The notes under the pieces were generated by a model, which saw only the letters and a list, made by a program, of their open reading frames with translations, was not told the origin of the DNA and did not search any database. Made by a program: the position numbers and the translations under genes. From contig CBDFJG010000003.1 in NCBI GenBank assembly GCA_965248445.1, positions 320,001 through 384,000 on the forward strand: a DNA stretch of 64,000 bases, in the 5' to 3' direction. Source of the stretch: Planctomycetota bacterium. GTDB lineage: Bacteria; Planctomycetota; JAJSAM01; JAJVHW01. Each line of letters starts with the position of its first letter. Position 1 is the stretch's first letter. Shown here piece by piece: positions 1-7,013 of this stretch.

Positions 1-390
1 TTGGGCCCCGACGACGGCGTGTGGGACGCACGAGGACCGCGTCTCGCGCGCCTTGGGTGGCCGCAGGTGACGCGCGAGCTCGCCACACCCCACACGTACT
101 CGTAGAGCGCTGCCAGGAGCCTCACCGTGCCCAACCGCCCTGTTCACGACATCATCGGCGTTGGCACCGGCCTCACGGTCGGGGCGCTCGGGGCCGCGCG
201 CCAGCGCCGCCGCCGCCAGGCACAAGGCAGCAATCTGCTGCCGGCCGAGCAACTCCTGCATGCCGTGCTGCAGATATGTCAGCGCGGCGACCAACCGTCG
301 CACAAGCTCGATTGTGCGACACATCGACAGGCAGCGGCCTATCCGAGTTCCAGATCAAAGCTGAGCGCTAGGTGGTCGGAGGCCTCGTAA

Positions 391-1477
391 GGCGTTGGTG
401 CATGAATGCTCTTCCTCCCAATGACGCCGGCAGGTGCGAGCCTCCGAACGAGGAGGCCACCCATGTCGCCATGTCGAGCAAGAGGTCCAGGGTACATCCC
501 ACGTTCAAGACGAAGTACCGCGTGGGCAACTGGCCCGAGTACGACCGGGGGCTCGTTGACCGTGGCGATCTGACCGTCTGGATCTCGCACGAAGCCATCG
601 ATGGGTGGCGCGCGACGCCGTCCGGAGCACGAGGCGGACAGCGGAGGTTCTCCGACACCGCCATCAAGACCGCTCTGACCCTGCGGCTTGTGCTCCATCT
701 CCCGCTGCGTCAGACCGAGGGGTTCCTGCGATCGCTGTTCGTGCTCATGGATCTGGACCTCGACGCGCCGGACCACACGACGCTCTCGCGGCGCGCGCGG
801 ACGCTCGATGTTCAGCTGCGGCGTCCAGCCAGCACCGGCCCGATCCACCTGGTCATCGACAGCAGCGGTCTCTCGATCGTCGGCGAGGGTGAGTGGGCTG
901 CCGCCAAGCACGGCGCGCGCGGGAAGCGAGGCTGGCGCAAGCTGCATCTTGGTGTCGACGCCGCGGGCGTGATCGTCGCGCAGACGCTCACCGACGGGAA
1001 CGCCGACGACGCGACGACGGGCATCCAACTCATCGACGACGTCACGGACGACATCGCGCTGATCACTGCCGACACGGCCTACGACACGCTGGCGATCTAC
1101 GACGCCGCTGCCGGTCGCGGAGCGCAGGTCGTCGTGCCGCCCACGAGGAACGCGACGGTCTCACGGCGACGAGTGCCGCGCTGCGCGCCACGCGACCGAA
1201 CCGTCAAGCGCGTGAAGGAATTCGGTCGCCGGAGATGGAAGCGCGAGTCCGGTTACCACCGTCAGGCGCGCGTCGAGAACGCGTTCTTCCGCTACAAGCA
1301 GATCATTGGTCCGCGGCTGCGTGCTCGTGATCGAAGAGCGCAGGAGGTGGAGGCGTTGCTGGCGTGCAACCTCCTCAATCGGATGAGCGAGATTGCGCGA
1401 CCGGAGATTTCGATCGGCGTGTAGAAGACGCCGCGGCCGGGGAAAGATCGGCGAACTTCGATCCATGCACCAACGCC
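391..1477 (+). mobile_element. IS5 family (IS903-like subgroup) insertion sequence
   Basis: 17-bp terminal inverted repeats GGCGTTGGTGCATGAAT (391-407) / ATCCATGCACCAACGCC (1461-1477), 16/17 match, enclose one DDE transposase. No flanking direct repeat is visible. Confidence 0.9.
471..1424 (+). CDS. IS5/IS903-type DDE transposase
   Basis: Motifs YRVGNWPEYDRGLVDRGDLTVW, LPLRQTEGF, PDHTTLSRR, IDSSG, WRKLHLGVD, TADTAYD and GYHRQARVENAFFRYK are typical of IS903-like transposases. Start placed at ATG 471, inside the left IR. Confidence 0.92.
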   Translation: MSSKRSRVHPTFKTKYRVGNWPEYDRGLVDRGDLTVWISHEAIDGWRATPSGARGGQRRFSDTAIKTALTLRLVLHLPLRQTEGFLRSLFVLMDLDLDAPDHTTLSRRARTLDVQLRRPASTGPIHLVIDSSGLSIVGEGEWAAAKHGARGKRGWRKLHLGVDAAGVIVAQTLTDGNADDATTGIQLIDDVTDDIALITADTAYDTLAIYDAAAGRGAQVVVPPTRNATVSRRRVPRCAPRDRTVKRVKEFGRRRWKRESGYHRQARVENAFFRYKQIIGPRLRARDRRAQEVEALLACNLLNRMSEIARPEISIGV

Positions 1478-1643
1478 GCCCGAGCAGGACGGCGGCGCGT
1501 GATCCGCGCCGCTGGGGCCGACGCGCGAAGCTGCCCGAGGCCCAAGGCTGGGCGCCGAGTCAGATTGAGCCTGCGAGTGACCTGTGTTCGCGGCATGAAG
1601 CTCCGCAGCGAGCGTGATCGCTCTCCTCGCGCGTCGCTGCTAG

Positions 1644-3312
1644 CCGCATCTGTTCACGAGACGTCGCGATGACGGTGCTTTCGGAGTCCACAGGGTCAGA
1701 TCTTGGCCAGGCGAGGGCGGATGCTGTCGTCGTTGCCACAAGGGCAACGCGAGTGAGCGGCCGAAACGGCGCGGATTCTGCGGTGTGGGCAGACCGTAGG
1801 CCGGGCGGTGGTGTGGCGGACGGCGCGGCGGGACGTCAGGTCGGCTTCGGGGATGCCAGCAGTCGTTGCGCGCAGCGCTCGAAGACGTGCTGCCAGGGCC
1901 ACGACGAGGACATCGAGACCCAGATCCGGCGCGTCGTGATCCGCACGAGCGCGCCGATCTTGAGCAGCCGCAGGCGGATCGTGCCGGCTTGCGCACGCGC
2001 CATCTCGGTGCCGGCGAGACCGATGCGTCGCAGCGCACAGGTCAGGACGTAGGCCATGGCCGACATGGCCATCCGCACGGCGTTGCCCTGCATCGTGTGC
2101 ACCGACAGACGGGTGCCGAAGAGCTCGAGCTGCTGCTCCTTGATGCGATTCTCCGCCTCGCCCCGGGCGCAGTAGAGCTGCTCGTAGAGACGCTTGCTGC
2201 TCCAGCTACGAGGCGGCAGATTGGTCACCACGAAGCGGGGATTGCGCTTGCCGCCCGGCAGGTGCTCGGCCTTGGCGACCACGCGACGCCTCTGGCTCCA
2301 GCTCCCCAGCGTGGTCCAGGCAAAGTCGCGAAAGACCCGGGCTGCTCGGCCGGTCTGCACGGCACGGGCTGCGGCCTCATCGAGCGCGTCTTCGACGTGT
2401 CGCTCAAGGCGCTCATTGCGCGCCATGCCCAGCAGGTAGAAGTGGCCGGCGGCCTCGCACCAGGCCATCAGCTCCTCGCGGCAAAAGCCCGAGTCTGCGC
2501 GCACGAGCACCTTGGCCCGGGGCCAGCGGCGCCGCAGACGTAAGACCAGCGCACGGAGCTCGTCCACGACTCCGCGCGCGGGATCTCTGTCAGCGGTCTG
2601 GAGCCGAGCGAGCAAGAGGTGCTCGCCGCAGAAGACGTACAGCGGCAGGTAGCAGTAGTGCCCGTAGTAGCCGTGGAAGAAGCGGCCCTCCTGCCGGCCG
2701 TGCAGCCGCACGTCGGAGTGGTCCAGGTCCAGCACGAGCAGGCCCGGATCCTCCGGCCCCATGGCCTCGCAGAAGACGTCGCTGAGCACGCTGTCCACGC
2801 GCTCCTGGTCCATCTCGATCTTGGCGTAGCGCGTCTGTGCCGTGGCGCCGAGCTGCGTGGTCTCGAGCCGCGAGAGCGTCGGGTGCGTGGCCAGAGCACC
2901 CTCGCGCTTGCCGCACGCCGCGGCAAACAGCGGGTCCTTGCCGACATGGTCGTGGTCCACCAGATCCTCGTAGCCCGCGCACAGCCCGAAGACCCGCTGA
3001 CGCAGCATCTGGCCGACCGTGTGCTCGACCCGACGCGGGTCCCGGTGGTCCCCGAAGCAGCGCGCAAACCGCGAGAGCAGATCGATGCGACGATCGACCC
3101 GCTCGAGCAGCAGCACGCCCCCGTCGCTCGTCACGGTACCGGCGTCGAAGCGCGTCACCGCGGTGCGTCCACAGATGCCCGCGAAGAGGGTCCCCTGCGG
3201 GCTACAGTCTGTCGTCATCGGGCCGGCGCTCCTGTCGGTGCAAGTACTAGCGAGTACGAGCACTTAGACAGACGACGGCCCGCTCAGATTCCCGGCTGGT
3301 GAACGATTCGGG
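1644..3312 (-). mobile_element. IS1380 family insertion sequence
   Basis: Imperfect 14-bp IRs CCGCATCTGTTCAC (1644-1657) / GTGAACGATTCGGG (3299-3312), flanked by a CTAG direct repeat (1640-1643, 3313-3316). Confidence 0.88.
1836..3218 (-). CDS. IS1380 family transposase
   Basis: Motifs TSDGGVLL, GYEDLVDH, LDLDHS..HGRQEGRFFHGYYGHYCYLPL, VRADSGF, YCARGEAENRIKEQQ and IRLRLLKIGA. Start taken as ATG (MTTDCSPQ). Confidence 0.95.
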   Translation of the reverse strand: MTTDCSPQGTLFAGICGRTAVTRFDAGTVTSDGGVLLLERVDRRIDLLSRFARCFGDHRDPRRVEHTVGQMLRQRVFGLCAGYEDLVDHDHVGKDPLFAAACGKREGALATHPTLSRLETTQLGATAQTRYAKIEMDQERVDSVLSDVFCEAMGPEDPGLLVLDLDHSDVRLHGRQEGRFFHGYYGHYCYLPLYVFCGEHLLLARLQTADRDPARGVVDELRALVLRLRRRWPRAKVLVRADSGFCREELMAWCEAAGHFYLLGMARNERLERHVEDALDEAAARAVQTGRAARVFRDFAWTTLGSWSQRRRVVAKAEHLPGGKRNPRFVVTNLPPRSWSSKRLYEQLYCARGEAENRIKEQQLELFGTRLSVHTMQGNAVRMAMSAMAYVLTCALRRIGLAGTEMARAQAGTIRLRLLKIGALVRITTRRIWVSMSSSWPWQHVFERCAQRLLASPKPT

Positions 3313-3375
3313 CTAGGGGCAACGCGGCTCGGAGCGCGGTGGGCCGACCTGACGATTCCGGAGCGGCCGATCTGG

Positions 3376-3594
3376 ATGCGACAGGCCGCGATCGTCACGG
3401 TGGCGTCGGTGGGGCTGGAAGTGTTGCTTCCGGGTCTCTTCGGCACGATCGCGGGCGCCGTCGCGATGTTCGTCCTGATGAAGCGCTTCTTCGACGCGGA
3501 CCTCATGGCGTACTTCATCGTGGTCCTGCTGATGAACGGGCTGGGCTTCGCGCTGGCGTACGTGATCGAAACGGTGTTGTCGGCGATCGCGTGA
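3376..3594 (+). CDS. small multi-TM membrane protein (possibly the 3' part of a gene split by IS1380)
   Basis: 72 aa, almost entirely hydrophobic, with GC-rich codon usage. The frame stays open upstream to the IS1380 boundary at 3313. Confidence 0.5.
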   Translation: MRQAAIVTVASVGLEVLLPGLFGTIAGAVAMFVLMKRFFDADLMAYFIVVLLMNGLGFALAYVIETVLSAIA

Positions 3595-3841
3595 CAGTGT
3601 CGCCGTGCTCGCAGCGACGGTGGTCTGGACGCGTAGGGCCGAGTGAGGGGACTTTGCTCTCGCGAACTGGCTTTTGCTTGAGGTGACGAATGAGACCCCA
3701 GGACGTCCGCGGTCAATTCCACCACGAACCCTGGCTGAGCTGGCGCGGGGTCCGGGGTCCTGGTGTTTCTCGTCGTAGCGCTCCTGGCGTGGTGGCTCAG
3801 CTGGTGAAGCTACTCGCGACCCTCGGCGGTGGCTCACGGCG

Positions 3842-4075
3842 GTGACCCCGCCACCCCGCCGCCCGCGCCGCTGGAGCCCTCGCGCGTTCGGTGTCGTCGT
3901 CCGCGTCGTGCTGGTCATCGGGTTGGTGGCGATGGTGGCGTGGCCGGAGTGTCACTATTCCTGGAAGGTCGGGATGATCCCGGACTCCGAAGTGACGCTC
4001 ACCCGGTGCGCCGGGTGGGTGGATGGCGCGATCCTCGCCCGCGACTCCTCCCTCGGCGTGATCGCTCCGCGCTAA
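3842..4075 (+). CDS. small hypothetical membrane-anchored protein
   Basis: Basic N-terminus, one TM segment (AFGVVVRVVLVIGLVAMVAW) and two Cys in the distal part. Confidence 0.35.
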   Translation: MTPPPRRPRRWSPRAFGVVVRVVLVIGLVAMVAWPECHYSWKVGMIPDSEVTLTRCAGWVDGAILARDSSLGVIAPR

Positions 4076-4126
4076 GAGCTACGCGGTAGCTCCGCCGCGG
4101 GAACGTTGGGCCGCTAGGCTGTCCCC

Positions 4127-4246
4127 ATGCCAGTGCCAGGAATACCAAGCCCACCGAACCTGGGCGCGATGAGCTGGGGCGGCTACGCGCTGTTGATCCT
4201 GCTCTCCGCGGTCGGCGTGGCGGCGGCGATACTCCTGCTGAAGTAG
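4127..4246 (+). CDS. 39-aa single-TM micro-protein
   Basis: Read manually as MPVPGIPSPPNLGAMSWGGYALLILLSAVGVAAAILLLK*; too short for the ORF track. Confidence 0.3.
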   Translation: MPVPGIPSPPNLGAMSWGGYALLILLSAVGVAAAILLLK

Positions 4247-4470
4247 GCGCCTCCCGTTACGGCACCCATCGATGGCGTGATTGTGCCGCACGGGGAGTGA
4301 GGGGCCGCTCCACCGGGTGCTGCGAACGCACTCGGACTCGCCGCGGGGCGTGGCTACCCTGTGCGCCGCCGCCAAGGGCCGAGATCGAGGGCGATAAGTA
4401 GCCAGGGAAGTAGCCGCGCACTCGCGGGTGTCCTCGGCAACTGCCGTAAGTCCTTGGCTGACAACACAGT

Positions 4471-4557
4471 GCCGGAGTGGCGGAATGGCAGACGCGTAGG
4501 ATTCAAAATCCTGTGCCCGTAAAGGGCGTGAGGGTTCGACTCCCTCCTCCGGCACCA
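4471..4557 (+). tRNA. tRNA-Leu (anticodon CAA)
   Basis: Acceptor stem GCCGGAG/CTCCGGC + ACCA, D-arm TGGCGGAATGGCAGACGC, anticodon loop TTCAAAA, long variable arm, T-loop GGTTCGACTCC. Confidence 0.97.
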
Positions 4558-4607
4558 AACTGCAGTGGCCCCTCTCTCGCGGAGCGATAAGAGGGGCCAC
4601 TGCAGTT
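4558..4607. terminator. long hairpin immediately 3' of tRNA-Leu(CAA)
   Basis: 18-bp perfect inverted repeat AACTGCAGTGGCCCCTCT / AGAGGGGCCACTGCAGTT with an inner TCGC-GGA-GCGA cap. Confidence 0.55.
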
Positions 4608-4624
4608 GGCCAGTGTCCCTCCTC

Positions 4625-4708
4625 CGCGGTCTCCGACCGCTACGGAGGGCGTCGGTCACGCCGGTTGCTACGCATCCGGCGCGCCCTCGCTATTCACGCA
4701 ACGAGTGC
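4625..4708. repeat. dispersed ~85-bp palindromic repeat, copy 1
   Basis: CGCGGTCTCCGACCGCTACGGAGGGC...TTGCTACGCA...CGCGCCCTC...ATTCACGCAACGAGTGC, closely similar to 14966-15050. Confidence 0.85.
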
Positions 4709-4889
4709 CGGCTCGCTGCACGATCGCCTGTCACGCGGATCGCGGCGCGATCCTCGCGCCATGCGGCGTCGGTCGTGCAACGAGCGCGCTGCGACTGTCG
4801 GGACGAACCCTTCCGCTGAGTGCACCGCCAACACAAGAGCGCGCGCGGGGTGCCGCGCGCGCTCTTGCATGTTCGGTGGTGGTGCGGGC

Positions 4890-5981
4890 AGGGGCTCCCC
4901 CCTTCGCTCAGGTTGAGCGTCCGATCGGGTGACTAACATCGCACTTACAAGGAGGTGCGATGACCGGTGCCATGATCCCCTTTGCGCGCGACGACTCGCT
5001 GCCGGGCACACTCGCCGAGTTTGTCGTGAGGTTCTCCGACGAAGATCGGTGTGCAGCCCTGCTGCGCCGGTGGAAGTACGGCGAGGGCGGCTTCCGCTGT
5101 CCAGCGTGCGGCGGCGAGGAGGCGTGGTTCCTGCCGTCACGCCGGCTCGACGAGTGTTGTGCCTGCCACAAGCAGGTTTCGCTCACCGCCGGCACCGTCA
5201 TGCACGGGTCTCGCAAGCCGCTACGGCTGTGGTTCCTGGCCATGTATCTGTTCGTGTCGAGCAAGCGAGGCATCTCCGCACTCGAGCTGCAGCGCGAGCT
5301 TGGACTGGCCAAGTACCAGACCGCTTGGACATGGCTGCACAAGTTGCGAAACGCCATCGCGATGCGATCCACCGCGCCGCTGCGCGGACACCTCGAGATC
5401 GACGAGACCTGGGAAGGCGGACTGCGACATGGCCGGCCGGGGCGTCCCAAGGTCGGCGACCGCAGCGCGCTGGTCATGGGAGCCGTCGAGATCTCACCGC
5501 GTCACGCCCTCATCGGTCGCATCCGTCTCGAATCCATCGCCGATGGTTCGGCTGACACGGTCAAGGCGTTCCTCGAGCAGCACGTCGCCGCACGCTCAGT
5601 GCTGTTCACCGACGACTGGCGTAGCTATCGAAAGCCGGCTGACGACTTGGAGCACGACCATCGACCGACCAACGTGTCGAAGTCCGACGACGAGGCACAC
5701 GTTGTGCTACCTGCGATCCACCGCGTCTTCTCGCTGCTCCATCGCGTGCTCTTGGGCACGTTCCAGGGCGGCGTGCGACGCAAGTACCTCCCCAGCTACC
5801 TGGCGGAGTTCGAGTTCCGGTTCAACCGACGCACATCGAAGCGACGTGGACTGCTGTTCCAACGACTACTCGCCTGCGCCGTGCGGCGATGCCCTCCCTT
5901 CCACTGGGAGATCGTTGGGCGAACCGATGCGCGCACGCCACTCGCCGCCGCAGCCTGACCTGAGTGAAGAGGGGATCCCCT
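4890..5981 (+). mobile_element. IS1595 family insertion sequence, complete
   Basis: 24-bp IRs AGGGGCTCCCCCCTTCGCTCAGGT (4890-4913) / ACCTGAGTGAAGAGGGGATCCCCT (5958-5981) and an exact 8-bp target duplication GTGCGGGC (4882-4889, 5982-5989). Confidence 0.95.
4960..5958 (+). CDS. IS1595 family transposase
   Basis: Zn ribbon CPACG...CCAC, SLTAGTV, KRGISALELQRELG, EIDETW, FTDDWRSY and YLAEFEFRFNRR. SD AGGAGG at 4950-4955. Confidence 0.95.
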   Translation: MTGAMIPFARDDSLPGTLAEFVVRFSDEDRCAALLRRWKYGEGGFRCPACGGEEAWFLPSRRLDECCACHKQVSLTAGTVMHGSRKPLRLWFLAMYLFVSSKRGISALELQRELGLAKYQTAWTWLHKLRNAIAMRSTAPLRGHLEIDETWEGGLRHGRPGRPKVGDRSALVMGAVEISPRHALIGRIRLESIADGSADTVKAFLEQHVAARSVLFTDDWRSYRKPADDLEHDHRPTNVSKSDDEAHVVLPAIHRVFSLLHRVLLGTFQGGVRRKYLPSYLAEFEFRFNRRTSKRRGLLFQRLLACAVRRCPPFHWEIVGRTDARTPLAAAA

Positions 5982-6075
5982 GTGCGGGCTAGTCCGTTCC
6001 GACAGATGCGAATTCACGGCGCGTCCGGCTCCGGCCGGGCGCGCCGCTCTCGTCCGGTGCAGGCATAATCTCCGG

Positions 6076-6480
6076 GTGCGCTCTGCGCTGCTCCTGCTGA
6101 TCCTCGCGTTGGCCGCCGGTTGCGGTCCGGACGTCCCCGCCGGCGTGGACCCGGCCGCGCAGGACGCATGGGAGCAGTGGCAGCGCAACCCGAACCCGGG
6201 CGCCGTGATCCGTCTCCTCGACGCGAATCGCATGGCGGCCAAGGACCACGACAACCCGCACGACGCGGTGGGGGTGCGCTACCAGGTGCGCGGCACCGAG
6301 GCGCTAGCGGCGCGGGCGGAGGCCGCCGGGGACCTCACCGATGCGAACGCGATCGACGTGCGCGTCAGCGATCTGGAGGAGGGCGGGCTCCTCGAGAACT
6401 ACGACGATGTTCTGCCCGGCGCATCGGGGCGGCTGCTCGCGGCGCGGGCACGCATGCGCGTGCTGCTCGGCCGCGACTGA
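6076..6480 (+). CDS. hypothetical lipoprotein
   Basis: Signal peptide with lipobox MRSALLLLILALAAG-C. Confidence 0.7.
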   Translation: MRSALLLLILALAAGCGPDVPAGVDPAAQDAWEQWQRNPNPGAVIRLLDANRMAAKDHDNPHDAVGVRYQVRGTEALAARAEAAGDLTDANAIDVRVSDLEEGGLLENYDDVLPGASGRLLAARARMRVLLGRD

Positions 6481-7013
6481 CGCGGAGAACGAGACAGACT
6501 GACCTCTGCCAAACGAGACAGACGGCGCGCGGATCTCTCCGCGCGCCGCCCTCTCCCCCTCGTCACCGCCCGTCCACATTCCCCGTGGCACGTTCCCCGA
6601 GCGGCTCTCCATGACCCTCGACTCCTCGAGGTCCCCTTTTCTCTACCGGAGAGGTCCCTTTACCACCGTCCGAGGACGGTTCGACTCGGGACCCCCGCGG
6701 CTGCAGCGCGCCTCCTCGATAGCGAGGCACTCGCTTGGGCTATGTGGCGCTGCTCGTTCCGTTCCTTCTCGTCCGGTCGTTCCCCCGTTCCGCTGGGCAA
6801 CCTCGATCTCCCCCTCGAAGCTCGAAGACCGTGATATCGGCAATTCGTGCCGACTTCAAGTCGAAACAGCGGAAGTTACTTTGCATTTATGAACTGATCA
6901 CAGCTTTCAGGGTCCGAATGTCACAGATCGAACGTTGCTTTGGATCTTCGATGAAAGTTCTTTTGATTGCGCTCCTTGCGAGCGGTGTGTGTGTCTGGGG
7001 TTAGCATCCCCGC

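Noticed and set aside
127..390. 87-aa ORF starting MPNRPVHDIIGVGTGLTVG, reminiscent of a membrane metal-dependent hydrolase N-terminus
   Set aside because: Only the first ~25 residues look protein-like and the ORF ends at the IS boundary. It may be a fragment, but there is too little evidence to call it.
4070..4112. Possible integron attC site (GTTGGGC box; the window also starts TTGGGCC) among the small ORFs
   Set aside because: No matching RYYYAAC inverse core, no repeated attC-like structure after the other ORFs and no integrase in view.
6494..6510. CAGA-CTGACC-TCTG as a sixth copy of the CTGAC dyad motif
   Set aside because: It has a short stem around CTGACC but lacks the invariant upstream TGG and the pyrimidine-rich arm, so it was not counted.
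6840..6970. AT-rich patch as a replication origin unwinding element
   Set aside because: No DnaA boxes (TTATCCACA-like) and no dnaA/dnaN/parAB context in the window.
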